Of a stretch of 64,000 bases of DNA, positions 30,141 to 40,546 are shown piece by piece. Positions within the stretch are counted from its first letter, which is position 1. Every line of letters begins with the position of its first letter. Origin of the DNA: a candidate division WWE3 bacterium RAAC2_WWE3_1 (lineage in GTDB: Bacteria > Patescibacteriota > WWE3 > UBA101185 > UBA10185); contig CP006914.1 in NCBI GenBank assembly GCA_000503835.1, forward strand, positions 657,680 to 721,679, in the 5' to 3' direction. The notes below the pieces were generated by a model. The model saw only the letters and a list, made by a program, of their open reading frames with translations. It was not told the DNA's origin and made no database searches. A program made the position numbers and the translations under genes.

Positions 30141-31172
30141 ATGAAAATATTGGCCATTGAGACTTCCTGTGACGAGACGGCATGCGCTATCGTTGAGGAC
30201 GGTACAAAAGAACTGGTCTCCGTCGTGGCATCGTCAAAAGATTTCCATGAAAAAACGGGCGGGGTTGTACCCGAAGTGGCTTCAAGAAAGCAACTGGAGT
30301 TCATTTTTCCTGTATTAGAAAGGACGATTGAAGATTATTGTGAAAAGACCGGCATTTCCGGTAAAGATGAGGCTATTGCCTCAATAGACGTTTTGGCAGT
30401 GACTGTAGGCCCCGGATTGATCGGTTCTCTGGTAGTAGGTGTTACTGCAGCCAAGGCTCTCTCTATGGCCTGGAAAAAGCCTCTTATTCCGGTCAACCAC
30501 TTGGTAGGCCACATTTACGCTAATTTCTTAGGGGAGCCCTCCGATATAGCTTTTCCGGCCGTGTGTTTGCTGGTAAGCGGAGGACACACCGACCTTGTTC
30601 TTATGAAAGGGCACGGAGATCTTGTGTATCTTGGCGGAACGCTGGATGATGCGGCAGGGGAGTCTTTTGATAAAGTCGCACGCATGCTGGGGATATCACG
30701 CTACCTGGGAGGTGCCGTTCTTTCGCAAAAAGCCCTGGACTGCGGAAACCGCGGTCCCGCAAAATTATTTCCCCGCCCAATGCTTGATCAGGATAATTAC
30801 GATTTTTCTTTTTCAGGTTTGAAAACAGCCGTAAAAAGGTATCTGGACGGAGGAGAAAGAGATATTTCATGCACGGCAAGGGAATTCGAAGAGGCGGCGG
30901 TGGAGGTGCTCACGGCAAAAACTATGAAGGCGGTAAACAACTTTGGTATAAAAAGCTTATTGGTAGGCGGAGGAGTTTCAGCGAACAACAGACTCCGCGA
31001 AAACTTGAAAAGCGAGACAGAAAAAGCCGGAGTAAAATTATTCATTCCGGAGCCGAGATTGTGTACCGACAACGCTGTCTACATCGCTGCTGCCGCATAT
31101 TTCAATAACACAACGAAAGTGTCGGAAGAGATAAGAGCCGAACCGTCCTTAAATATAATGGGATTAGTTTAG
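30141..31172 (+). CDS. tsaD: tRNA threonylcarbamoyladenosine transferase TsaD
   Basis: Motifs ILAIETSCDET, GGVVPEVASR, HLVGH, SGGHT, DDAAGE and TDNA. Confidence 0.97.
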   Translation: MKILAIETSCDETACAIVEDGTKELVSVVASSKDFHEKTGGVVPEVASRKQLEFIFPVLERTIEDYCEKTGISGKDEAIASIDVLAVTVGPGLIGSLVVGVTAAKALSMAWKKPLIPVNHLVGHIYANFLGEPSDIAFPAVCLLVSGGHTDLVLMKGHGDLVYLGGTLDDAAGESFDKVARMLGISRYLGGAVLSQKALDCGNRGPAKLFPRPMLDQDNYDFSFSGLKTAVKRYLDGGERDISCTAREFEEAAVEVLTAKTMKAVNNFGIKSLLVGGGVSANNRLRENLKSETEKAGVKLFIPEPRLCTDNAVYIAAAAYFNNTTKVSEEIRAEPSLNIMGLV

Positions 31173-31173
31173 G

Positions 31174-32421
31174 TTAAGCCAGTTTTTGCACTAATTCTTC
31201 AAGTGTCAGCAGGGAAGTTGCTTCTTCCGTTCTTTTTTTAAGCTCTATTTTTGTACCATTCTTTCTGGACACAACGGCTCTGTAGGGGATGCCTATAAGG
31301 TCGGCGTCGGAAAATTTGATTCCGGCCGTAACCTCTTCACGGTCGTCGAAAAGGACGTCAGTCTTGTTATGAAGCAGCGTGTCATAGACTTTTTCGGCAA
31401 TCTCGGCAGTCCCCTCGTCCTCGAGGTTTAACCCGATAAGATGGAGTTTGGCCGGGGCAACACTTTCGGGCCACACAATACCTTTATCATCCCCAAAAAG
31501 TTCCACGATGGTCGCCATAAGTCTTGCGGGCCCTATTCCGTATGCCCCCATGATCACGGGCTTTCGTTTTCCTTCCTCGTCGGTAAAGAATAAACCTAAG
31601 GGTTCGGAAAATCTGGTTTTTTGTTTGAAAATATTACCTACCTCGATTGCCCTGACTTCTTCAAGTTCTTCCCTTTTTACACCTAAGTCGGTTAGGACTT
31701 CCTCAGTTAAAACCTCCTTGTTTATTCCTATTTTCTTTTTGCGGTCAATGTAGATTGTATCCTCCCCTGACTCACACACTGTCTGAAATTCGTGGCTATA
31801 TTTGCTGAACGTACCTCCGCTGGCGAAAGTAAGATAAGTTTGGCCGCCGATTCCCGCGCGGGAAAATATTTTGAAATATGCTTCGGTGGCTTTCCCGTAA
31901 AAGGTATCCAGGTCCTCTTCGTTCTTGTTGAAGGAGTAAAGATCTTTCATTAAAAACTCACGTGTACGTAATAGCCCGTTTTTTGCTCTTATTTCGTTCC
32001 TGAACTTTGTCTGAAACTGAAACGGGTAGGATGGAAGGTCTTTGTACGAATTTATTTGTCGGGACATTAAGGTCGCTAAGGGCTCTTCGTGTGTGGTGGC
32101 AAGACCTACCTCGGTGTCGTTCTTGAGCTTAGTTTTGAACCAGATGTCCACAACGTCATCGCCCCATCTTCCTGATTTTTTCCAGGAGTCGGGATTTTGT
32201 AAAGCGGTCATTTGAATTTCCTGTCCTCCGATGGCGACTATTTCTTCTCTGATTATTTCTACAATTTTATTCAGAGTTTTTAATCCCAGTGGAAGAAAGG
32301 TATAGACGCCGGCCATTTCTTTGTTGATATAGCCCGCCCTCGTCAGGAGTTGAGCGTTTTTACTTGTCTCATCTTTTGGAGCTTCTTTTAAGGTTTTACC
32401 GAGCATCTGACTGTAACGCAT
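31174..32421 (-). CDS. proS: prolyl-tRNA synthetase (short, lacking the INS editing domain)
   Basis: Motifs THEE, KFRNEIR, REFLMKDLYSF, EVGNIF and YGIG. TATAAT 6 nt before ATG 32421. Confidence 0.95.
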   Translation of the reverse strand: MRYSQMLGKTLKEAPKDETSKNAQLLTRAGYINKEMAGVYTFLPLGLKTLNKIVEIIREEIVAIGGQEIQMTALQNPDSWKKSGRWGDDVVDIWFKTKLKNDTEVGLATTHEEPLATLMSRQINSYKDLPSYPFQFQTKFRNEIRAKNGLLRTREFLMKDLYSFNKNEEDLDTFYGKATEAYFKIFSRAGIGGQTYLTFASGGTFSKYSHEFQTVCESGEDTIYIDRKKKIGINKEVLTEEVLTDLGVKREELEEVRAIEVGNIFKQKTRFSEPLGLFFTDEEGKRKPVIMGAYGIGPARLMATIVELFGDDKGIVWPESVAPAKLHLIGLNLEDEGTAEIAEKVYDTLLHNKTDVLFDDREEVTAGIKFSDADLIGIPYRAVVSRKNGTKIELKKRTEEATSLLTLEELVQKLA

Positions 32422-32488
32422 TGACCTATTATATACCATTTTTTGATTGAGCTGGCAGGTTTTTTGTGATAATCTCAGTCAATAACCC

Positions 32489-34738
32489 ATGGATAAGAGG
32501 TACGAACATAAAATAAAAGAGCCCGAAGTACTTAAAAAGTGGGCAGATGCCGAAGCCTTTAAAGCAGATATAGACTCAGGTAAAAAACCCTACACCATAA
32601 TCCTTCCTCCTCCGAACGCTTCAGGAAAGATGCACGTCGGCAACGCCTTGATGATAGCTATCGAGGATTTATTAATACGCTGGAAAAGGATGAAGGGATA
32701 CGAGGCTCTTTGGGTTCCCGGCACGGATCACGCCGGTTTTGAATCCCAGACCACTTTCGAAAGAGAGCTTAAGAAGCAGGGAAAATCCCGTTTTGACTAT
32801 GACCGCGACACTTTCTACAAAATGATGATGGAGTTTGTTTTAAACAACAAAAATCTTATCGAGGAGCAATTCAAAAGTATGGGCGCGAGCGTTGATTGGT
32901 CCCGTTACACGTTTACGCTGGAAGAAAGATCTATAAACACGGTCATTAGCACTTTTGAGAAAATGGTAAAGGACGGCCTCATCTATCGTTCCGACTACGT
33001 TGTTAATTACTCGTTTAAGTACGGTACTACTTTCTCAGACGCCGAAATTGTAATGAAAGAAAGAACCGACCCACTCTATTATATTAAATACGGACCTTTA
33101 ACCGTCGCTACGGTAAGACCGGAAACCAAGCTGGGCGACACGGCTTTGGCGGTTAATCCTGCGGACCTCCGTTATAAGGACTATATAGGGAAGGAGATTT
33201 CTTTTGATGATGTTACGGGGAAAAATAAATTAAAAGTTATAGGGGACTCTTATGTCGACCCCGCATTCGGTACCGGGGTTTTGAAAGTTACCCCCGCGCA
33301 CGACAAAAATGATTATGAGATAGGGATAAGACATGGGCTTGAAGTGAAACAGGTGATTGGGATTGACGGAAAAATGACCTCTTTGGCGGGAAAATATGAG
33401 GGAATGAAGGTTTTGGATGCAAGAAAACAGGTGGTTGAGGATTTAGAAAAGATGGGGGTGATGGAAAAAATAGACACCACTTACGTACATCCTGTGCCGG
33501 TCGACTATAGAAGTGAGGATTACATCGAGCAGTTAGTGTTGCCCAACTGGTTCATAAAAGTGGACAGCCTGAAAAAAGCGGGATTGGAAGCTGTGCAAAA
33601 AGGGCACGTAAAGATTTTCCCCAAATGGCAGGAGATAACTTACACAAGGTGGATGGAGAATATGAGGGATTGGGCTATTTCCCGTCAGATAGTTTGGGGG
33701 ATAAGAGTTCCCGCGTGGTACAGCGTTGATGAGAACCCCAATCTTTTTGTGACTTTTATTAAGGGCGGCAAAGCTGTGTCAGGAAAGGTTTCCCACCTGC
33801 TGAGCAAGTATGAACTCGGCGAAATCTCTTCCGGGTTGCAGTCCTTGTTCGCCCCCAATAAAGCTAAATATGTTGTACAGAAAGATTCCCCCGGAGCCGG
33901 ATTTTTACCTGAAACCGACACCTTCGATACGTGGTTTTCAAGCGGCCAGTGGCCTTTGATTACTTTAGGCTACCCCGATTCAAGAGATTATAAACATTTC
34001 TACCCCACGGATGTTCTGGAAACGGGTTGGGAGATAATCACGAGGTGGGTATCCAGGATGATAATGTTCGGAATTTACCTTACCGGCAAACCGCCCTTCA
34101 AAGAAGTCTATCTTCACGGCAGGGTAATGGCTTTGGACGGTAAGAAAATGAGCAAAAGCCTCGGCAATGTTATCAATCCCGAAGAGTACCAGACTGAGTT
34201 CGGCACCGACGCTTTGAGAATGGGATTAATAAGCGGTACCGCCAACGGCAAAGATTTTGCGTTTCCCAAGGACAAGGTTCTGGCCTACAGGAATTTCTCG
34301 AACAAAATATGGAACATGGTCAGATTCTTATTTTTATTGGCTGAGGAAGAGAACTTAAGCTCGGAGGAGATGAAAAGTTATAGACCGGGTGATTCGGAGA
34401 AAGACTCTACTGACCTTGAAATGTACGATGACTTTAAAGAGCTGGTAAAGTCCGTTGATAAATCTCTGAGCAAATACAGGTTTTCGGATGCCGGTGACGC
34501 TATTTACCACTACATGTGGGACAAGCTGGCTTCCACTTACATCGAAGATGTTAAGTCGCGGGAAAACCCTGAGTTGAAGAAAGTCGGGTTGAAGAACCTT
34601 TCTTATTTGCTCATAAATTGCCTGAAGGTTTTGCACCCGTTCATGCCGTTCGTGACAGAAACAATTTGGGGGGAGTTTTTGGAGAAGGGTTTGGTGGAAA
34701 AACCGTTATTGGCAAAAACAGAGTGGCCGGGGGTTTGA
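32489..34738 (+). CDS. valS: valyl-tRNA synthetase (no C-terminal coiled-coil arm)
   Basis: Motifs PPPNASG.MHVGN, GTDHAG, DWAISRQ, DTWFSS and KMSKS. Confidence 0.95.
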   Translation: MDKRYEHKIKEPEVLKKWADAEAFKADIDSGKKPYTIILPPPNASGKMHVGNALMIAIEDLLIRWKRMKGYEALWVPGTDHAGFESQTTFERELKKQGKSRFDYDRDTFYKMMMEFVLNNKNLIEEQFKSMGASVDWSRYTFTLEERSINTVISTFEKMVKDGLIYRSDYVVNYSFKYGTTFSDAEIVMKERTDPLYYIKYGPLTVATVRPETKLGDTALAVNPADLRYKDYIGKEISFDDVTGKNKLKVIGDSYVDPAFGTGVLKVTPAHDKNDYEIGIRHGLEVKQVIGIDGKMTSLAGKYEGMKVLDARKQVVEDLEKMGVMEKIDTTYVHPVPVDYRSEDYIEQLVLPNWFIKVDSLKKAGLEAVQKGHVKIFPKWQEITYTRWMENMRDWAISRQIVWGIRVPAWYSVDENPNLFVTFIKGGKAVSGKVSHLLSKYELGEISSGLQSLFAPNKAKYVVQKDSPGAGFLPETDTFDTWFSSGQWPLITLGYPDSRDYKHFYPTDVLETGWEIITRWVSRMIMFGIYLTGKPPFKEVYLHGRVMALDGKKMSKSLGNVINPEEYQTEFGTDALRMGLISGTANGKDFAFPKDKVLAYRNFSNKIWNMVRFLFLLAEEENLSSEEMKSYRPGDSEKDSTDLEMYDDFKELVKSVDKSLSKYRFSDAGDAIYHYMWDKLASTYIEDVKSRENPELKKVGLKNLSYLLINCLKVLHPFMPFVTETIWGEFLEKGLVEKPLLAKTEWPGV

Positions 34739-34771
34739 CGGAGCTTTTGTGGAAAAGGGTTGTCAGAAATC

Positions 34772-35452
34772 TTACTTTTCTTCTTTCTTTTCCTTCTTTT
34801 CCTCGCCGCCTTCTTCTTCCTCTACGGCAGTCTCTTCGGTGGCCTCTATCTTTTCGAGGGCTTCTTCTTCGCTTACAACAACCTCTTCCTCGACCTGTTC
34901 TTCAATCTTGTCGAGTTTGATAACCATATCTCCGGGTTCGAGGTCAACCAGGCCTACTTTGGAGGTATCGTAGCTAAGTTGTGAAGCAAGAACAACGTCT
35001 CCGACCTGCATGTTCGATACATCGATTTCAAATGCATGGGGGAGGTCCATAGGCAAAGCTTCCACAGCGATTTCGTTGGTAAGTATTAAAACTATAGCCT
35101 CGCCGTTCTTTAGAAATTCGTTGTTCTCTTCGCCGATTACCTCAACAGGTACCTGAGCCTCTGTCTTTTCTTTGAGGTTAGGCTTATAAAATCCGGCATG
35201 AATTATTTTGCCGGTAAGAGGATCTTCCTGCATTTCCTTAAAGAGTACTTTTTCAGTGTCTTTACCTATCTTTATGTCTATGAGGGTCGTTTCACCACCT
35301 TCATTGTAGGCTTTTTCAACCTCTGTCTGGGAAACCGTTATAGCTTGGGACTTCAAGCCTTTTCCGAATATAACGGCAGGCATAAAGCCGCTTTTCTTTA
35401 GGCTTTTCGAGGCTTTGCCAAGTTTTTCTCTTTTTTCTGCAATAAGTTCCAT
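34772..35452 (-). CDS. rplY: 50S ribosomal protein L25/Ctc
   Basis: Motifs MPAVIFG, Q.DP and IH..F; Ctc C-domain and acidic tail. Confidence 0.92.
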   Translation of the reverse strand: MELIAEKREKLGKASKSLKKSGFMPAVIFGKGLKSQAITVSQTEVEKAYNEGGETTLIDIKIGKDTEKVLFKEMQEDPLTGKIIHAGFYKPNLKEKTEAQVPVEVIGEENNEFLKNGEAIVLILTNEIAVEALPMDLPHAFEIDVSNMQVGDVVLASQLSYDTSKVGLVDLEPGDMVIKLDKIEEQVEEEVVVSEEEALEKIEATEETAVEEEEGGEEKKEKKEEK

Positions 35453-35757
35453 ATGCGTTCTTTTTTTAGGGCAAGGTGGAGGTCCAAGACCTCATCATAG
35501 CTTACTGACTTAATTCCGACAAATTTTTTAAACTCCGTACCTTTTAGGTCGGATTGTACCGGCACTATTCCGTTGCCTGTTGGTGTAATGGTTACCATGC
35601 TTTCCGCTTTACATTTCGGGCAGACGGCGTGCGCGACCCACGCTATGCTAGCTTCGCTTGAAATGGGCACGATCTCGGCTCTCTCTAAACTCGTTCCACA
35701 TTTGTAGCAGAGGGTCTTCCGTAGGTTGTCCAGAATATACTTTTCTTTGGTCATCAT
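35398..35757 (-). CDS. hypothetical zinc-ribbon protein
   Basis: CYKC...CPKC and C-terminal SYDEVLDLH. Overlaps the rplY start. Confidence 0.65.
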   Translation of the reverse strand: MMTKEKYILDNLRKTLCYKCGTSLERAEIVPISSEASIAWVAHAVCPKCKAESMVTITPTGNGIVPVQSDLKGTEFKKFVGIKSVSYDEVLDLHLALKKERIWNLLQKKEKNLAKPRKA

Positions 35758-35875
35758 CCTACTTAAGCAACTGGTATTCTACTGACTCTCCCCAATAAGG
35801 TCAATGACTTAATTGAGGCAGTAGGGGGCTGTTGCGGCAAACACTTTAAATACTACAGGTCTCTATGGCAGCAGG

Positions 35876-37684
35876 TTAATTCTGAGACTCCATGCTAATA
35901 GTCATGACCTTACTGCCGTTGAGAAGGTAAATAGTGCTCTCGTCTGAGGTCACGGTCATATCTCTAAGGGAATCCCACGATGCTTGAGGTTCGTGCGTAT
36001 ATTGTTTGACAAGATTTCCCTCGGTGTCCAACACAATAACCCTTTGATTAGCAGGATCGAGAACATAAATATTATCGAAATCTATGTCGGTAATTACTTT
36101 CGTAGCTCCCCCAAGATCCTTATTTAGTCCTTTTACTTCGAACGTATTTTTATTTCCGCTGGTGTGTTTTGTCAGCTCGCCGTTAGACGTGAGCAGGTAA
36201 ATACTGTAAGCGACCGAGAGCGAACGGGCGTTTTGAAATTCCGCACTCTGCCCCCAAAGAGTTTCGGAATATTGTGTTCCGTCTTTTTCATATCTATTGA
36301 GCTTATCTGCCGTTATTCCGTAAAGATAATCCGAATATGTATTTATAATCTCAACGCCGGGCATATCAAAAGATGTAAGATCCGCCGGGTTGGACGGGGT
36401 ATAGGAGTGGAACTTATTGTTTTGCAGGAAGCCGACACGGCCGTTAAGGGCTATGAGGGAGCTGAGTCCCGGGTAGGTTGTTGCCTCAGCCTCAAATTTA
36501 GCGGGATCCGTAGCGGATTTGTAGATCTTTCCCGATACTGGGTCGCCTGCGATTAAATATCCGGCGACCGAAACGATTTCTTTAGGTTCCGCGGCCTGGT
36601 CGGTAATTTTGATATCGTAAAAAATCTCGGGGGTTACGCGTAATACTTTATATTGGCCGTCGTCTTTGGTAATTTCGGCTACGTCTACCGGCTGTTCCCG
36701 GGGAGGTGTTGTCTCTACGGAAACTTCGTTCTGAACCTGTGGCGCGGGTACCTCCGGCGACGATTTTTTTCCGGCAAGCTGCCAGACCAGAGCCGTCACC
36801 AATACAAGTCCGAGTACAGGCAGGAGGAACACAACTTTTTTAGTCAGTTTTATTCCCTCTTTTTTATTCACGCCCGAAGTGTCTATCCTGGTAGTTGTCT
36901 GCTTCTTTTTTGCGAACAGCCCCGTAACCTTTTTTGCTAACGGTGCCGCTTTTTCGACACTTTTCCTCGCTCCCAGGATTATTTTTTCGACCTGTTCCCT
37001 TTTTCGATTCCTGCTCGCTTGTTTTTCGAGACCGAAATCGATAACCTCATCTTCCGTAAAGGAAGTGTCAATAATAAATTTCAAAAGTACACAGGCTTCG
37101 TTCTCTTTTAAATTCTGTTCTGCGATTCTCGTCGACAAAAGTCTTTGAGGAGGATAGTTTTTTGTAAATTGTCTTGAACAAAGAATTACAACATCTTCGT
37201 CTTTAACAATTCCTGACGCTGCAGCGAACGTACCCTCGCTTACGGCCTCTATGGGTTTTACTGTTCCGTCGCGCATAAGGTAACTATCGGCGTCTCCCAC
37301 TCCTACTGCATAAAAAACATTACCCCACAAAACTCCTGCGGTGACGTTCAACTGTACCCCGGTCGGTTCGGCGCTCAGGGCATCGTTTGAAAGTTGTAAT
37401 ATTTTCTCTTTAGCCTCAACAATTGCTTTTTCCAGAGATTGAATGGGCGAAATATTATCTGATTGGTAGTAACTATTGTGAAGAATGTCGCGCAGAACAC
37501 GGTCGGTAAGCGCGGTATCAAAGTTGGCGGCCCCGGTTATTTCGTACACTGCATATATACCGCCCTTTTTTAGTAGAAGCTCTTTTGACTCGGGCTCGAT
37601 TACCAGACATTTTGCAAAAGAAGTAGCAAACTGCTGAAGGGGCGGGTTGATTTCCTGGATTTTGGCAGTAAGTTTCTTTTTCAT
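35876..37684 (-). CDS. membrane protein: N-terminal PP2C-like domain, TM, extracellular beta-propeller-like domain
   Basis: VGVGDADSYLMRDG and DEDVVILCS (PP2C-like); TM at about aa 284-303; NHL-like repeats (IYVLDPANQRVIVLD.EG.LVKQY). Confidence 0.65.
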   Translation of the reverse strand: MKKKLTAKIQEINPPLQQFATSFAKCLVIEPESKELLLKKGGIYAVYEITGAANFDTALTDRVLRDILHNSYYQSDNISPIQSLEKAIVEAKEKILQLSNDALSAEPTGVQLNVTAGVLWGNVFYAVGVGDADSYLMRDGTVKPIEAVSEGTFAAASGIVKDEDVVILCSRQFTKNYPPQRLLSTRIAEQNLKENEACVLLKFIIDTSFTEDEVIDFGLEKQASRNRKREQVEKIILGARKSVEKAAPLAKKVTGLFAKKKQTTTRIDTSGVNKKEGIKLTKKVVFLLPVLGLVLVTALVWQLAGKKSSPEVPAPQVQNEVSVETTPPREQPVDVAEITKDDGQYKVLRVTPEIFYDIKITDQAAEPKEIVSVAGYLIAGDPVSGKIYKSATDPAKFEAEATTYPGLSSLIALNGRVGFLQNNKFHSYTPSNPADLTSFDMPGVEIINTYSDYLYGITADKLNRYEKDGTQYSETLWGQSAEFQNARSLSVAYSIYLLTSNGELTKHTSGNKNTFEVKGLNKDLGGATKVITDIDFDNIYVLDPANQRVIVLDTEGNLVKQYTHEPQASWDSLRDMTVTSDESTIYLLNGSKVMTISMESQN

Positions 37685-37687
37685 CTT

Positions 37688-37927
37688 TTATAAATTTACA
37701 AGGGCGGCGAGCAAAAGTATTAACGCCACGAAAAAATGTAATCTTCCGAAAAATGAAAACACCGAGCCGAGCGGCGTTGAAAAACTTTTATTCATTAGCC
37801 TTATTTGTCTCATAAGAAGAAACGCGAAAATTAAATATCCTGCAACGAAGAATAGAACTACAAAGTCCGTTACGGTAATTACTCCCGCGGCAGGTATTAA
37901 ATTTTCTAAGCTAGGCGTTGTGTTCAT
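37688..37927 (-). CDS. small two-TM membrane protein
   Basis: Y.IFAFLLMRQIRLMN pattern. Co-oriented with neighbouring genes. Confidence 0.65.
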   Translation of the reverse strand: MNTTPSLENLIPAAGVITVTDFVVLFFVAGYLIFAFLLMRQIRLMNKSFSTPLGSVFSFFGRLHFFVALILLLAALVNL

Positions 37928-38471
37928 GATTTTTCACCCTTGCGACCAGGTCAGACAAAACGTCCCTTATTTTTGAAGGGTCGTCTACACCCCCGAACTC
38001 GAACTCTCTTTTTTCTGCTGCTGTTTGTATGTAAAGGGCGCCGATGTTAAATGTAACTCCGATGGCTCCCGCAACATTTGAAGTTACGTCTTCGATATTG
38101 TCCAGAGTGGTTTCGGAAATATTCTTGTAAAGAATCCCCACAAAGTCCACGTCCACGATTTTTTTATTTGTGATAATGAGTACGTTAAAAAACCAGTTCA
38201 AAACATTTTGAAGAAAAAATCCGAAAACAAAAAGATACCAAAGAACCGTTAGTATTAAAACAGAACCACCATCGAGTATAGCGGGGGCTCCTTTCGGAAC
38301 TTGACTGACAATAAGCGGTACCAATATGGGGACAACGAAGAGGAACGCCGTCGCAAGTATCCACGGGAATGTTAGTAGTACGGATTTCCTTATTACGTAT
38401 TTTATTCTCTCGTCGTCATCTCTTCCATCATAAGAGGTGGATTTAGGGTTTTCCTGGAGTGATCCGAGCAT
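37911..38471 (-). CDS. membrane protein with bacterial PH domain
   Basis: Two TMs, then IITNKKIVDVD, NIEDVT and G.LYIQTA. Confidence 0.75.
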   Translation of the reverse strand: MLGSLQENPKSTSYDGRDDDERIKYVIRKSVLLTFPWILATAFLFVVPILVPLIVSQVPKGAPAILDGGSVLILTVLWYLFVFGFFLQNVLNWFFNVLIITNKKIVDVDFVGILYKNISETTLDNIEDVTSNVAGAIGVTFNIGALYIQTAAEKREFEFGGVDDPSKIRDVLSDLVARVKNHEHNA

Positions 38472-38513
38472 GCTGCAATTATAGCATTACGGTAGGTGAC
38501 CGGGGCAAAAAAG

Positions 38514-40415
38514 TTATTTTTTTAGAATGTTAAACAACGCCTTACTGTCGGGGGTATGTTTTATAGCTATGTATCCGGGCGCTCTTATGTTGAACGCTTC
38601 TGCGAATATTTGACCATCCACCTGTTTTTCCCCTTTATCTGTGATAAAAGTTAGAGTGGTGGTTCTACCGTCGTTGAATTTAATATTTTTTACTCCGGTG
38701 ACATTTTCGTAACCCGCGTTGCTATCAACGGATTTGGCTTTACCCCTAAGCTCTTCTTTGTCGTAAGGATCCCCGCTCATTCCGGCAATCGGGCATTTGT
38801 TTATGGTTTCAGGCAGAATTCTGCTGGTATTTTTGTTCGCTTTTAACAAAACGTATGCATTTAGGATGTCCGCCATTTCTTCTCCATTAAGCCAGGGGTG
38901 TTTTCTGCCGCAGGTAGAAGAATCCCTTTTGTATGTTTGTGTAAACCAAGCTTTATAGAACCAAGGTGACTCCGCCTTTTTTTCATACGCATCGTTTGGC
39001 CACGAACCTCCGTCTGTAATGTCCCACCCCACACCATTTATCCATCCACCGGTAGTAGAGGAGTATTGGGCTGACACGCCTCCTTTGAGAATTCTGTCTT
39101 TGGTGTCGTCGGCCTTTATTGCCTCGTACCACCTTTTTCTGTCATCTCTATTCATTAGAGAGCTGCTGAAATACTGACAGCTAGTAGAGGTACAAATGCA
39201 GCCCCCATCTTTGGTCTTATTGTAGGCGTAGGTTCTAGCTGCTATGGCCTGGGCTTTTAGGGCGTCTGTGTCCCATGATGGGGGCATTTCGCCCAACCCT
39301 CTCAGATACTCTCCCATTTTCATATCCCCCACGCCCTGCACACATATAGTTTTTCCGTCAAGACCGTCTTTTTTTTCTATCCCCGTCTCGTAATAGTATT
39401 CAAGAATTTCTTCAAAGCTTTGGCCATCCTCAGCGCGCCCTTTCGCCCCGTATTGGCTCATTCCATTTCGGTGTGTGTATGCTCCGTAGCTGAAGGATCC
39501 GAATGCCGGGCTGAAGCCGGGGTTATAGCCAGGGTCAGTTCTCGAGTCATCTGTTTCCACTCCCTCACTCAAGGAAGCACTAAAATCACCGGATTTTGCC
39601 TGCAAAACTGCCTGTTGTTTTGATGTGAGGTCTGCGAGATCCTCTTCTATTTCTCCCAACTTCCCCTCAACTTCTTTCTCGTCGCCGGTGACATTACTCA
39701 ACTCTCCCTGTGCGGAATTCTTTCGCGCGTCAAGTTCAGCTTTGGCGGCTAAAAACTCTTTTTGCGTATCTTCAAGTTCCCCCTTTAATTTTTCTCCCTC
39801 AGCTTTATCTTTTTCGTAGCTGTCTATTTCCGAATTCAATCCTGTGATTATTTTTATCGTTTCGTCGGTTACTGCGGTATTAAAAGCCTGGGATAGGGTA
39901 GCGAATTGAAAACCGTTCAATCCCGTTGAAGCATTTGTTACCAAAAAAGTTTCAATGTCGTTGAGCAGGTGTCTTTTGGAATATGTACGTACTACTTTGT
40001 TTCTTAGGGATATTTTTTCGGCAAGAGAAGTTTTTCTGTCTGCAAGTATCGCATTTATTTCATCGAGCTGTTTTTTTATTTTTGTGATTTCATTTTGAAG
40101 GTCATCGATCTCTGCTTGTGTCACGCTGATCTGGCTAAGAAGCCCGGAGATTTTTTGTGTTATCTGGTTTTTTGTTTCTCGGATTTGGGAAAGTTTGCTG
40201 CTTGTGGATTGGTATTCATCTTCTTTTTTTTCTATTTGTTCTTCGTAGCATTTTGCTTTGTCATCCAGGTCTGAGATGTTTTTGCAGGGGTCGTCTGCGA
40301 AGGTGTGGGTGGCCAGCAGCACTGCCAGGAGTGTAAACAAAAAGATAGTCCATACGCTGGAGTTTAGATGTTTAACGGATACAGATGTAGGCAGATGTAT
40401 GTTGGGCTCGAACAT
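38514..40415 (-). CDS. secreted coiled-coil plus SpoIID/LytB-domain peptidoglycan hydrolase
   Basis: Signal peptide; long coiled coil; motifs HRNGMSQYGA, YLRGLGEMP.SW and ALKAQAIAARTYA. Confidence 0.85.
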   Translation of the reverse strand: MFEPNIHLPTSVSVKHLNSSVWTIFLFTLLAVLLATHTFADDPCKNISDLDDKAKCYEEQIEKKEDEYQSTSSKLSQIRETKNQITQKISGLLSQISVTQAEIDDLQNEITKIKKQLDEINAILADRKTSLAEKISLRNKVVRTYSKRHLLNDIETFLVTNASTGLNGFQFATLSQAFNTAVTDETIKIITGLNSEIDSYEKDKAEGEKLKGELEDTQKEFLAAKAELDARKNSAQGELSNVTGDEKEVEGKLGEIEEDLADLTSKQQAVLQAKSGDFSASLSEGVETDDSRTDPGYNPGFSPAFGSFSYGAYTHRNGMSQYGAKGRAEDGQSFEEILEYYYETGIEKKDGLDGKTICVQGVGDMKMGEYLRGLGEMPPSWDTDALKAQAIAARTYAYNKTKDGGCICTSTSCQYFSSSLMNRDDRKRWYEAIKADDTKDRILKGGVSAQYSSTTGGWINGVGWDITDGGSWPNDAYEKKAESPWFYKAWFTQTYKRDSSTCGRKHPWLNGEEMADILNAYVLLKANKNTSRILPETINKCPIAGMSGDPYDKEELRGKAKSVDSNAGYENVTGVKNIKFNDGRTTTLTFITDKGEKQVDGQIFAEAFNIRAPGYIAIKHTPDSKALFNILKK

Positions 40416-40546
40416 GTGGGTTTATTATATCAGGTAACGTTTCGGATGCAGTAACGCATTAGGTAAAGAATAAGGCACTAAGCACCCTAAAAGCCGTGTC
40501 AATCTGTAGATTTTTTCCAAAATAACTGGTAGATTTTAATGTAGTT

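Noticed and set aside
34749-34984. Plus-strand ORFs rich in Ser/Phe
   Set aside because: They are antisense shadows of the Glu/Lys-rich L25 tail.
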